Shown here: positions 28,700-41,200 of the stretch, in pieces | Layout: each line of letters begins with the position of its first letter | How positions within the stretch are numbered: the stretch's first letter is position 1 | DNA from: Candidatus Omnitrophota bacterium | GTDB lineage: Bacteria > Omnitrophota > Gorgyraeia > Zapsychrales > Fredricksoniimonadaceae | DNA: 64,000 nt | Direction: 5' to 3' | Assembly: GCA_903908245.1 (NCBI GenBank) | Contig: CAIVRE010000007.1 | Coordinates: 4,984 to 68,983 of the forward strand | Program-made: the position numbers and the translations under genes | The notes under the pieces: generated by a model | Database searches by the model: none | What the model was told of the DNA's origin: nothing | Seen by the model: the letters and a program-made list of their open reading frames with translations, nothing else

Positions 28700-31600
28700 A
28701 TGTCCTTCGTCCATTTACACCTTCATACGCAATTCAGCCTTCTCGACGGGGCATGCCGCATCAAGGACCTGATGAAGCGGGCGGCGGAGCTGCAGATGCC
28801 GGCGGTCGCCATGACCGATCACGGCAATATGTTCGGCGCGCTTGACTTTTATGAGGAGGCAAAGGCCCAGGGGATAAAGCCGATCATCGGTTGCGAGGCT
28901 TATGTGGCCGCCGGAGGGCGGTTTGAAAAGACTTCGGGCGAACAGCGCGGTACGCATCACCTCGTTCTGCTGGCGAAAGACGCCGAGGGTTATGCCAACC
29001 TGATGAAGCTGGTCTCTATCGGGTTTCTCGAGGGGTTTTATTACAAGCCGCGGATCGACAAGGATGTCCTGGCCCGGCATGCCAAAGGGCTTATTGGTTT
29101 GTCGGCCTGTCTGAAGGGGGAGGTGGCTTCCCGCCTGTCTGCCGGGAAGTATGACGAGGCGCTGCGCGCTGCGGATGATTACCGCACCATTTTTGCTCCC
29201 GGAGATTTTTATCTCGAAGCGATGGAACACGGGATCCCCGAACAGAAGGCCGTGAATGAAGGCCTGCTTAAGTTGTCGCGGGACCTTGCTTTGCCGCTTG
29301 TTGCCACGAATGATGTGCATTATATCCTGCCTGAACATGCCGAGGCGCACGATACGTTGCTTTGTATCCAGACCCAGACCACGCTCTCTGATCCAAAACG
29401 GATGCGCATGAACTCGGACCAGTTCTTTTTAAAGACTGCCGAGCAAATGGCGCGTAATTTTTCCTGGGCGCCCGAGGCAATTGCCAATACGCTGGTGATC
29501 GCAGATAAATGCGATCTTAAGCTGAAATTCGGTGAGTATCATTTGCCGGAATATTCCGTTCCGTCAGGTGAGACCGATAAAACATATTTGCGCGGTCTTT
29601 GCCTTAAAGGCGCCGGGGAGCGTTATGGCGATACCCTGCCGCCGGCTGTTGTTGAAAAACTGGATTTTGAGCTTAAGACCATCGAGGAGCTCGGGTTCGT
29701 CGGGTATTTCCTGATCGTCTGGGATTTCGTGAATTATGCCAAGAGCCAGGGAATTCCCGTCGGGCCAGGACGCGGGTCGGCGGCCGGAAGCCTGGTCAGT
29801 TATTTGCTGGGCATTACGGACCTGGATCCGATCAAGTATTCGCTTTTTTTTGAACGGTTCCTTAATCCCAGCCGCAAAAGCATGCCGGATATCGATATCG
29901 ATTTCTGTTTCGAGCGGCGCGGGGAAGTGGTGGATTATGTGACGCGCAAATACGGACGTGATAGTGTGGCGCAGATCATTACGTTCGGGACCATGCAGGC
30001 TAAAGCCGTGGTACGGGATGTGGGCCGGGCGTTCGGCATTCCTTATTCGGACGTGGATCGTATTGCCAAGCTGATCCCCGAGCGGCTTATCGATGAGGAA
30101 GGGAATCCAAAACATATTACGATCGATCTGGCCCTGGATAATGAGCCGCAGTTGCGCGAGATACTGGCCAGTGACGCTACGGCCTGTAAATTGATGGATG
30201 TGGCGAGGGTCCTTGAAGGCTTGAGCCGTCATGCGTCTGTTCATGCGGCCGGCGTTGTTATTTCCGACAAACCGTTGGTGGAATATTGCCCTCTTTACAA
30301 GGCGGACGAGCAGATCACCACCGCGTTCACGATGAAAGGGGTGGAGAAGATCGGCTTGCTCAAGATGGATTTTCTGGGGCTCAAGACGCTCACTCTTATT
30401 GCCGATGCTTTACGGATCATCAAAGAGACGGCGGGTGTGGATATCGACATCCGCAAGATCCCCCTGGATGACAAGAAGGCGTACGCGCTTTTAAGCCGGG
30501 GGGAGAGCGCGGGCGTATTCCAGGTGGAAAGCGACGGGATGCGCAGCCTGCTGATCCGCAGCAAGCCGACGGAGTTTGAAGACATTATCTCGCTCTTGGC
30601 TTTGTACCGCCCGGGGCCAATGGGCAGTGGCATGCTCGATGACTTTGTGAAACGCAAGCGTGGCGAGGAGGAGGTGAAATACCTTCATCCGAAGCTTGAG
30701 CCGGTACTCAAGAATAGTTACGGGGTGGCGATCTATCAGGAGCAGGTCATGCAGATGGCGTGTATCCTGGCGGGTTTTACAATGGCCGAGGCGGATAATC
30801 TGCGCCGGGCCATGTCCAAGAAAAAGGTCGAGGAGATGAGCAAAATGCGCGACCTGTTCGTGCGGGGCGCCAAAACAACCAATGATATCAACCCGGAGGA
30901 GGCCAATCGCCTGTTCGACCTCATCGATAAATTCGCCGGGTACGGGTTCAACCGTTCTCATTCGGCAGCATATGCGGTGGTCACCTATCAGACAGCGTAT
31001 TTAAAGGCGAATTATCCCACTCAGTTCATGTGTGCGCTTTTGACCAACGAAAAAGACAATACCGACAAGCTGGTGGAATATGTTGACGCGGCCGAGGGCA
31101 TGGGCATTGATGTGCGCCCGCCGGATATTAACGAGAGCCGTACGGTCTTTAGTGTGGCGGGCCAGCGGAAGATCCGTTATGGCCTGCTGGGCGTGAAGAA
31201 TGTGGGAGGGGCGGCGATCGAAACAATGACCCGTGAGCGTAATGAGAACGGCCCTTTTAAATCGATCTTTGATTTTTGTAAACGCGTTGATCTTCGGACG
31301 AATAACCGGAAGGTCATCGAGTCGCTGATCAAATCTGGTGCTTTTGATTCGACCGGGGCCAGGCGTTCGCAGATGCTGGCGGTGCTGGACCAGGCCTTGA
31401 ATCTGGGGACCAGCAAGCAAAAGGAACAGTCGGTCGGCCAATTCTCGTTCTTTTCAATGGGGGAGGACTCCGGAGGTTTTACCAGGGAAAACGAGATCCT
31501 CCCCGAGATACCGGAACTTGCTTTGCCACAACTGCTTGCATTCGAGAAAGAACTTCTCGGTTTTTATTTAAGTGGCCATCCTTTGGACCGGTACAAGGTT

Positions 31601-32152
31601 GAAATGCGTACTTTTACCAATGCCAATTCCCAGAAGTTGCCGGGAATGAAACAGGATAGCGGGGTGGTTCTGATCGGCATGATCATTGATGTGCGTGCCA
31701 CGGTCACGAAAAAGGATGGTCGTCGTATGGCGATCGTACGCCTGGAAGACCTTTATGGCAGGATCGAGGCGGTGGTGTTCCCGGATGCTTTTGAGCGGGT
31801 GGCGGGTAATATCAGGGACGGAGCGGTGGTGCTGATCAAAGGCAAGGTCAGCATCCGCGATTCAGGCGTGAACGTGATGGTCGATGATCTTCAGGATATC
31901 GGTGCTATTTATAATGCGGTCCGTACTATCCGTATTGATATGACCAAGACGGATCCTGCCCGGCTTAAGCTGATCAAGCAAAAATTGGAGCGGTTCCCTG
32001 GTAAAGTACCTGTCCACCTGCAGATCGACACGAAGAATTTCCGCAGTGTCGAGATCAAGGTGGGCAGTCAGCTGCATGTATCTCCCAGTGAAGTCCTGAT
32101 GGAAGAGATCAAGAGGATCGTTGGGGAAGAAGCGTTCAAATTCATTGTTTAA
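28700..32152 (+). CDS. dnaE: DNA polymerase III subunit alpha
   Basis: PHP domain start (MSFVHLHLHTQFSLLDGA), polymerase core motifs and the OB-fold C-terminus. 1150 aa. Confidence 0.95.
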   Translation: MSFVHLHLHTQFSLLDGACRIKDLMKRAAELQMPAVAMTDHGNMFGALDFYEEAKAQGIKPIIGCEAYVAAGGRFEKTSGEQRGTHHLVLLAKDAEGYANLMKLVSIGFLEGFYYKPRIDKDVLARHAKGLIGLSACLKGEVASRLSAGKYDEALRAADDYRTIFAPGDFYLEAMEHGIPEQKAVNEGLLKLSRDLALPLVATNDVHYILPEHAEAHDTLLCIQTQTTLSDPKRMRMNSDQFFLKTAEQMARNFSWAPEAIANTLVIADKCDLKLKFGEYHLPEYSVPSGETDKTYLRGLCLKGAGERYGDTLPPAVVEKLDFELKTIEELGFVGYFLIVWDFVNYAKSQGIPVGPGRGSAAGSLVSYLLGITDLDPIKYSLFFERFLNPSRKSMPDIDIDFCFERRGEVVDYVTRKYGRDSVAQIITFGTMQAKAVVRDVGRAFGIPYSDVDRIAKLIPERLIDEEGNPKHITIDLALDNEPQLREILASDATACKLMDVARVLEGLSRHASVHAAGVVISDKPLVEYCPLYKADEQITTAFTMKGVEKIGLLKMDFLGLKTLTLIADALRIIKETAGVDIDIRKIPLDDKKAYALLSRGESAGVFQVESDGMRSLLIRSKPTEFEDIISLLALYRPGPMGSGMLDDFVKRKRGEEEVKYLHPKLEPVLKNSYGVAIYQEQVMQMACILAGFTMAEADNLRRAMSKKKVEEMSKMRDLFVRGAKTTNDINPEEANRLFDLIDKFAGYGFNRSHSAAYAVVTYQTAYLKANYPTQFMCALLTNEKDNTDKLVEYVDAAEGMGIDVRPPDINESRTVFSVAGQRKIRYGLLGVKNVGGAAIETMTRERNENGPFKSIFDFCKRVDLRTNNRKVIESLIKSGAFDSTGARRSQMLAVLDQALNLGTSKQKEQSVGQFSFFSMGEDSGGFTRENEILPEIPELALPQLLAFEKELLGFYLSGHPLDRYKVEMRTFTNANSQKLPGMKQDSGVVLIGMIIDVRATVTKKDGRRMAIVRLEDLYGRIEAVVFPDAFERVAGNIRDGAVVLIKGKVSIRDSGVNVMVDDLQDIGAIYNAVRTIRIDMTKTDPARLKLIKQKLERFPGKVPVHLQIDTKNFRSVEIKVGSQLHVSPSEVLMEEIKRIVGEEAFKFIV

Positions 32153-32257
32153 GACCCGTCCAATAAATATTTCAATAAATCATTCTTTAAATAATCCTGT
32201 TTGTTAAGATTAATTTGGTAACTACTATCAAACAATCTTAATTAATGTTGATTTAAA

Positions 32258-35200
32258 ATGCCTCAGGGGTCTTTCATTAAAAACTTCGGGCAATCCGCGG
32301 CGAACTTTTTCTTTTTCACCGGGGCTTTCTTTCTGGTCGTTTTCGCGGCCTGGGGGGCGGGTATCACTGTTCCCCAGAATTCCCAGTTAAAACTCAATAC
32401 CGGCAAACTGAACCTCAAGCTTGATAATAATTCCGGTCACGTGAATAACGCCGGGGTCATTCAGATGACGACCGGCGAGATCAAGCTTAACGGCAACTGG
32501 ACAACGACTACTGCCTCAGGATACATTTTAGGCGGTTCGGGGACGGTTGAGTTCGCGGCGGACGCTGGCACCCAGTATATTGTGCCGGGGGCGAACAGCA
32601 ATGACACGTTCGGCGATGTGGTCCACAGTGGGTCGGCCGCGGTCGAGCTGGTCGCCCATCCGATCAAGATCGGCGGGAGTTTTAATAACAACGTCGGGAC
32701 ATTTAAAACTAACAATCTTAATATGACGGTGGGAAGGGATTGGAATAATCCGGCATTCCCGGCGTTCATTTCCGGGTCTGCCACTGTTAACCTGGATGGC
32801 GGGGACCAGGTGATCTCCGGGAGCACGACATTTAACAATCTTACCAAGGTCCTGACTGCGGCCGGAAATCATTCCCTGACTTTTCCTTCCGGCAAGGAAC
32901 AGAAGGTTTCGCGTCTTTTGACCCTGCGGGGGTTCGGCGGTACGGGGAAACTGTTCCTGGGGAGCAGTACCAATACCACACAGGCTTTTCTGACACTGCA
33001 GAATAGCGGGGTCCAGGATATTCATACGGTGCATGTCCGGGATAATAATGCCGGCAATGGGCTTGTGCTGGTGGCGCGCGGGGTGGATTCCAGCGACTTG
33101 GGGAATAATTTCCATTGGTTGTTCGGTGCTGTCACGGTCAAATGGGACGGATCCGAGGACAATGACTGGAACAATCCGTTCAACTGGGATGTTGGCCTGG
33201 TGCCGGGGGAGCTTGATACCGCGATCATTCGTGTCTTCGACGAGGATACAGGGTTGCCTATTGTGCGGGAGCCGGTATTGAGCGGGGGGATCTCGCCTGT
33301 CACGGGGCTTGCGATCACGAACCGTGTCGGGAATTTGATCATCCGTCCAGGGGCGACATTAAAACTGGATGGACGGGATATGACCATTGATGGCGGGTTT
33401 ACCAATGATGGTACGGTCATTCTTGACGGCATGGTCATGGTTGGCGGGGTCAGGACGGAAACGTTGACGGCCGGCAGCATGGTCGATAACGGGACGTTCA
33501 TGTATTACGGCCGGCCTGGCATGAAATCCACGATCGATCTGACCCAGAGCTTTCTGATCGGCGGGAATTATCTGACCACATTCAACAATCTGGTGATCAA
33601 TGAACAGGTTTCGGGTCCTTTTGAATCCGATACTTTTGTAACAGGCGTTCCGCTCACGATCAGTCATGCGATGACGCTTGATGCGGGTGCGTTCACGATC
33701 GGTCCCGGGTCCACGCTTTTTGTCCAGGGCAGTTTAACGGCGAATGGCGGCACTTTTACGATCAGTGAGGCTGTCAGTGTCACGGGTGATACGAATATTT
33801 CCGGGGCATCGGTGGTGATAGCCAGCAATACAGCCACGTTGACGGACCTTCGGGACCTGAATGTTTCCTCCGGCACGCTCAATGCCCTGCAGGGTAATAT
33901 CCGTGCGAACAGTGTGAATATATCCGGTGGTACACTCCTGGCTCCGGGGCCGGGACAAAGCTTTGCCATCTCCGCGGACTTTACGCATTTGCCGGCCGGG
34001 ATTTTTACGCACGACAATGGGACCGTTACTTTTGACGCTTTGTCTAATGCTGCGAACACCGATCAGGTTATTTCCGGGGATACATCTTTTTATGATTTCG
34101 TCAAGCAAGTCCCGGATGCGGCATTCGTCGGCCAGACGCAGAGGCTGACTTTGGCTGAAACTTCCACACAAACGGTGGGGAATTATCTGACATTGACGGG
34201 AGGGGTGGATCTGCTTCTGATCCGCAGTACGACCACGACCGGCGTGGCGGGGAATTTGAAACTTGTCACCAACGCGGGGCAGACCATTAGGAATGTCGAT
34301 GTGGAGAATAACGCCGCCACGGGCCTGACCCTGGTTGGCCGCGGCTTGTCCAGGAGGACAGGGAACAATACCCCGAACTGGGAATTCGGGTCGGCCACGA
34401 TCACCTGGGATGGTTCCGAGTCGACGGATTGGAATGAGCAGCGTAACTGGAACCTGGGCATTATCCCTCTTCCGAACGATAATGTGGTTGTGACCAACGG
34501 CGCGACCGTTGATTTCCAGCCGGTATTATCCAGTGATGTGACCGTGGGTGAGCTCACCCTGTTCGTGCCATCCGCGACTTTGCACCTTGCGGGGTTCAAC
34601 ATGACGGTTCACAATACGATCACGTCTTCCGGGACCCTTTCCAATGAGGGGGTTATTTTCCTGCGCGGCACAGAGCGTGTGAGCATTGATACTCCGGATA
34701 CGGATTCCGGGATGTTTGTTTACCAGGGAGATAATAACCCTGGTGTAAAACAGATCACGGTTTTGGGCCCGAATACTTTTTATAATCTGAAGATCAATGA
34801 CCTCAATGGCAATCCTTCCAATTTCACGCTTACGACCGATATGACCATTCATGGTTCTTTGACGGTCGATGGCGGAACGATGACTTCGAGTGGTTATAGC
34901 ATTGATCTGGGCGGGAGTTTTGTTCTGTCGAGCGGGACGTTCATGGCGCCGGGGACCGGAAAAACGTTGTTTGTCGGCGGGAATTTCACTCATACGGGGG
35001 GTGCCTTTATCCATAATGACGGGACCGTGGTGTTTGATGCCCCGGCCAGTGTTCCGTTGAACGACCAGGTTATTTCTGGGGACACGAGTTTCTTCGAGTT
35101 CATCAAGCAGGTCCCGGTGACGGCCGCGCCGCTGCAGCAGCTGACCTTTGCCGATGCTTCGCTCCAGTCGGTGCTTGGGAAGCTTGTCCTCCAGGGGGCA

Positions 35201-38200
35201 TCCCTGGCTAATCCTTTGCTTATCCGGTCAAGCCTTGCGGGAACGGCGGCTTATTTGAAACTTGAGGTCGGCGGGCGTCAGACCATTTCGGCGGTCGATG
35301 TCAAGGATTCAAATGCTTCCGGGGTTACCCTCGTGGCCCGGAATTCTCCGGACCATTTCGATATCCCTCCCAGTAATTTTTACAATAACACGAACTGGGT
35401 TTTCGGGGTCCCGGTCATAAGATGGGACGGTTCCGCGTCCACTGATTGGGGGGATCCGCTCAACTGGAACCTCGGGATTGTCCCGATCTCCGGGGATGCT
35501 GTGGTCATCCGGTCGATCGACCCTCTGAGCATTCCACCTGGTCAGCAGATCATGAATCAACCGCAACTGACCGCCTTGTCGGGGGCGGTCTCTCCAGGAA
35601 GTATGACGCTTGATTCCGGGACGACATTGACCCTTAACGGCTTCGGCCTTACGGTCCAGGACACGTTGACGAATAATGGCAATATCATTGCGCAGGGAGG
35701 GGAGCCTATTGCGATCCATTTTCCTGATACGCAGCACGGCACATTTACCTATACAGGCGTGCCCGGCGGAACGGTTGCGCTGAATAAATTCGACCCCGCC
35801 CATACGGCTATTGAGTATTATAACCTGGTCCTGACGGATAACGGAGTTGCCAATTTGTTCCAGAGCCAGGGCGATGTCCATGTTTTCGGCAATCTGACCG
35901 TGTCTTCCGGAAGCCTGGATGTATCGACCGGCAGCGATTCGTTAAAGATCGACGGGAACATGCTGATCGCTTCCGGCACGACCGTGAACGCTTTGAACGG
36001 CGCGATTGATCTGCAGGGCTCGGTCAGTATTAATGGCCGTCTTTCAGCGCCGATCACCAATCATTCGTTCACTGTCGGAGGCAGCTGGTCGCTTGACCCT
36101 GTGACCGGGATATTCGAGCACAATTCCGGGCGGGTGACGTTTGATACATCCAATGCCACGACACTGACGGGGAACACGGTGTTCTTCGACCTGGCGATCG
36201 AATCCAATAGCGGTAAAAAGGTATTTTTCCAGGCGGGGAGTACCCAGACCATCCTTGACTCGCTGGGTATGGTAGGCGGAGGGGCGGGCAAGATCATTCT
36301 GCGTTCGACCCAGGAAGGGACGCAATGGACCCTTCTGCTGAGTTATATCAATAATGCCGATGCAACGATCATCCCCAATACTCTTGTCCGGTTCGTGGAT
36401 GTCAAGGATTCGATCGCGACAGGCCCATTAGGGCTGGCCGTCAGGCCGACCTATATTACGGCGATCAATTCCATTGATCAGCCGTCGGTCCTTCCGAATC
36501 AGGGGTGGAAGTTCATGCAATTGACCTTGATCGCTCCGGTGGATGAGCGTGTGGTGGGGGTGAGGCCGGTCCTGATCGGCCAGGCTTTCCCGGAAGAGGC
36601 ATATACGGTGAAGGATAAAGGAGGGGTTGTGGTGGCGTCCGGGACGGCGGATAGCCACGGGTATTTCCGGACGGAATTGACCGCGGACCTGCCTCTGGGA
36701 GCAAATCAGTTAACGCCTTATTATTTGAGCGTCCCCGGCATTTCCAGTGACCTGACAATCGACGCGGCCCCTGTCCCTGCCCAGGTGCCGGTGATCACCA
36801 GTCCTTCGGTATCTGTCCGTTTGAGCGGTAACCGTCCGACGTTCACCGGGGTGGCCAAGCCCAATACTTTGGTGTATGTGGTCGCCAACAATTATACGAT
36901 CTCCAATAACAACACGATCGACATGCCGTTAACCCTTCCGCTGGAGAGTGCCGCGGGCGTCGGCATGTCGGATGCGGCAGGGAACTTTTCGATCCAGTTG
37001 ACAACAGCATTGAAGCGCGGACAGAATACGATCTCGGTGGTGGCGGACGGTGTTTCCAGTGCGATAAATACGTATTCCTTGAATGATATTTACGGGTATC
37101 TTTTTGATTCCGCGACGAACAATACCATTCGCGGGGCCAGGGTGTATCTGTATAAACTCGATGGTAACGGCCAGAGGATCCCGGTCGTCAGGGGGCTTGA
37201 TATTGCTCTTCTTGAAGCGGACCAGCCTAACCCGGTCCTGACCAATGACGCCGGTCTTTTTGAGATCCGGGTGATCAATTTTGACCCGACGGTCCGGTAT
37301 GTGCTTGATGTGCAGGAGCTTGGCTACACCTTTCCGACAGCGATCAAGGACAATAGCCTGCTTCCGGCTGGCCGCCTGATCATAACGGGATCGCGTGGAG
37401 AGGCTTTTTCATTGCTGACGGATTCTGTGCGGCTTGACCTGCCGGTTGATGCCAATCAGTTCCTGTTCAAGGTTACCAAAGATGCCAACAAGGCGGAAGC
37501 CAGGATCGGTGAGGTCGTGACCTATACCGTAACCATTGAGAACCTGTCGGATCAGAATACGGTCCTGGAGACCCGGCTGAATGATATTATTCCGCCCGGG
37601 TTCAAGTATATGAGCGGCCGTGTTCATTTTGTTGACGGAACGCCGATCGAGGCGTCCGGTGCCCGTCCGGTCGTCTTTAAGGTCGGGGCATTTACTGCAC
37701 GCCAGATCAAGGCCATGAAATATCAGCTGGTCATCGGCGCGGGTGTCGCTCCGGGTGATTATGAGAACACCGCGTTCATGAAATATGACAATGGTTCGCT
37801 GATCTCCAATCGTGCGCATCAGACCGTCAAGGTTGTCATGGATCCCTTATTTGATGCGGGGACCGTGTTCGGAAAGGTTTTCTGGGACCTTAACGAGAAC
37901 GGCCGTCAGGATGCGCCGGAATATGATTATGAAAATCGCCAGGAGATCATTGAAGGCCCGGTGCCCAACGTGCATATCGTGATGGAGGATGGCACCAGTA
38001 TCGCGGCGGATAAGAACGGGCAGTTCCATGTCCCGGCCCTGTTGCCCGGGCGGCATGTGATCATGGTCGATCAGCGCAGCCTGCCGAAGGGCGCTTTTCT
38101 GACGACGGATAAAGCCTTGGTCATCGATGTCACGGCCGGCATGGTGGTCAAGGCGAATTTCGGCGTGAATATGGGCAATGGCCAGATCGTCGGGGAAGAC

Positions 38201-41200
38201 GTGCGCTTCTTTGACAAGAACCTTAAGGTCGATCAGACCCCCGACCATCTGACGCCGTTGCTCAATGTGGATATGTTCGAGCGGGAGCTGTGGCTGCATC
38301 TGGACACCATTATCAAGCCGGTGGAATTGCGGATGTTCATGAATTACGCTCCGTTCATTTCCTCCTGGAAACTGGATATCGTTGACAAACAGACCAAGAA
38401 GCTTGTCAGGGAGTTCAACGGGACGCGTTATAATATCAATGATCCTGTTTTCTGGGATGGGCGCGACCTTTCCGGACGGTTTGTCCGTATTGATCGTAAT
38501 TATACATATTTACTGAAAGTCCAGGATAGCAAGGGCGTTTGGGATGAGACGAAAGAAAAAGATATCGCGTTACGTGTATTGACCGACATTGAATTTGAGG
38601 CCCTTTCCAAAAAGACGGAGGAAGAAAAGACAAAAGAGTCCGAGGCCCGTGACAAGGAATATCGCGCCTGGCAGTTGGCCCAGGGATCGGCGGATCATAC
38701 GAGCCAGCGCAATATTTTTGTCCGGGGTGAAACGCTGACCATTGACCCCGAGGAGACGGATATCCGTCAGGTCCGGGTGCTCAAGAATGGCGAGTTGTTT
38801 ATTGATCTTCCGGTGCCCGAACGGCAGGCATTGACCGCCCGCGGGCTTTTGAGCGGGGAGGCGGTCCAGTCCCGGCCGGTGCAGGTTATTCTTCCGGATG
38901 GAGATTATGAGCTGGAGGTTGTCAGTGCGGACACGGGCGAGGTCGCGGCCGTAGCCGCAGGGGGCGGCCGGGTCAGTCCTGTCAAGGGGACTTCCGCGCC
39001 GGACACCTCCTCGCTGGCATCTGCTTCAGGCGTGCCGGCGCTGGATGGGAACGCCTCTTCCAGGAATAACAAGGTGTCGCAGTACCGCCGGCCGATCAAG
39101 GTGGGCGATGATTATATGACCTTCGTGGCGATGGGAGACGGGAAGGTCGGCTATAACGTCGACCGGGGCAATATTGAGCCGGTCCAGTCGGTGGATAAAT
39201 TTCGGCCCGGGTTCTATCGTGAAGGGAAGATGGCTTATTATTTGAAGGGCAAGGTCAAGGGGAAATATCTTCTGACATCGAGCTTTGATACCGAGCGTAG
39301 ACAGAAGGAAATGTTCCGTTCGATCAAGCCGGACCAGTATTATCCGGTCTATGGAGATTCTTCGACCGTGAATTATGACGCCACCAATACGCAGGGGAAT
39401 CTTTATCTGATGCTTGAGTGGGACAAGTCGCAGGCGGTCTGGGGGAATTATGCGGTTGATTTCAATGATACCGAATTCGCCAAGTACAGCCGCACACTCT
39501 ACGGCGGAAAAGTGGATTATACCAGTGTTGCGAATAATCCCTACGGCGATGCCAAGACCCGCGTGGCGACGTTCCATGCCGAGGTCCGGCAGCGTTCGGC
39601 GCATAACGAGTTCCTGGGGACGGGCGGTTCTCTGTATTACCTGAAACATCAGGGAGTGGTCGTTGGAACGGCAAAGGTCCGACTGGAAGTGCGTGATGCG
39701 GTGACCGGCTTGGTCCGCAGCACGACCGAGATGAAGGATGGTGTTGATTACGATATTGATAACAGCCAGGGCCGCATCCTTTTTTGGCAGCCGGTGGCAA
39801 TGTCGGCGGATTCGGGCAGGATCATTTCGAATCAGCTGCTCAAGGGAGACCCGGTATATGTGGTGACGGATTACGAGTATGAGGTGAAGGACAAGATGCA
39901 GGAAGCGACCCAGGGCGTGCGCGTGGCGCAGGCGGTGGGCGAGAATGTGGTCGTGGGCGGCACCTATGTGACCGAGACCCAGGCGGGAGGGAATTATCAG
40001 TTAAAGGGCGAGGATATTACGGTCCATGTCGGGAAAGATACAAAGATCAAGGCGGAATACGCCGCCACGCAATCCCAGGACAGTTCCAGTTACGTCTCGA
40101 CCGACGGAGGTATTACGTTCAGTGACCTTGTGGTGGGCAATCTTTCCTCGGGAAAAGCCTACGGCATGAGCCAGGACAGCCGCCTCTTCGACCGGCTGGG
40201 GCTCAAGAGTTATTATAAATGGATCGAGAACAATTTTGCGACCGCGTCAACATCTTCCCAGCAGGGCAAGGCGATGTCGGGCCTGGGGATGACGTTCGAC
40301 CTGACGCCGGTCACACGCCTTACGGCGAGCTATGACGTGCAGAAGTTGATCCAGCAGGGCAATTTGCAGACCACCATGCAGGTTGGCGCGCAGGAAACGG
40401 CAACGACCGTGCTGCAGTTGGCCCACGATGCCCGCCGGCTGCGGATCACCAGTGAATACCGCCGTCAGGAAGTGACCAACAAGGACGATCGTTATGTGTC
40501 CGAAAGCAACCAGGTCCAGAATACATTTGCCTTGCAGGCTGAGTACGACCTTGATGAAAAGACGAAGCTGACATCCAAATATCAGGTTGATCCGACGGGG
40601 AAGGCCTCCAAGGCAGGGGAGATCACGACAGGGATCACCCGGCAGCTGACGGACAAGTTGTCGGCTACGGTGGCGGAGGCTTTTGGTACGGCCGGCAATT
40701 CTACCAAGATCGGCGCGACGCTTAATGTGACCCCGAAGATCGCGACGACCGTTGAGGAATCTTTTGGCACGGCGGGCAAGACCTCCAGGGTAGGGGCGGT
40801 TGCGAATATTACGCCGAATATGGCGTTGACGACGGATTATCAGACGGCGCAGGCGGCTGGCGGGGTTACGACCCAGACGCGGACAACGTCCCTTGTTGGC
40901 AAAGAGCAGATCGGTGCCAAGACCAATATCCAGACCAATTACAGCATGGTACAGGCCGACAACGGGCCGACAAAGACGGTCGTCGGGGTGAATGCCGACT
41001 CGGAGGTGAAGCTTGATGACGCGATATTGAAGGCCGGTGTCAAGGTCCAGGCGGATGACAAGACGGTGTCGGTCCTGAGCCAGGGGGCCGGGATCGATGC
41101 GTCCAAGACGGACAAGGCGGGGCATACGACGACAAGCTCCGTTAAGGTGGATGAAACGCCCGCAGCGGGCAAGACAACCACGGTCACGCTTGGGGATAAG

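Noticed and set aside
28594-28845. 83-aa + strand ORF spanning the guaA-dnaE intergenic palindrome
   Set aside because: It reads through the 26-bp inverted repeats and into dnaE out of frame. It is a product of palindromic sequence, not a gene.
32153-32257. Apparent inverted repeat ttaagattaatt / aatcttaattaa upstream of the giant gene
   Set aside because: On checking, the two segments are not reverse complements of each other. They are just an AT-rich promoter-like spacer.
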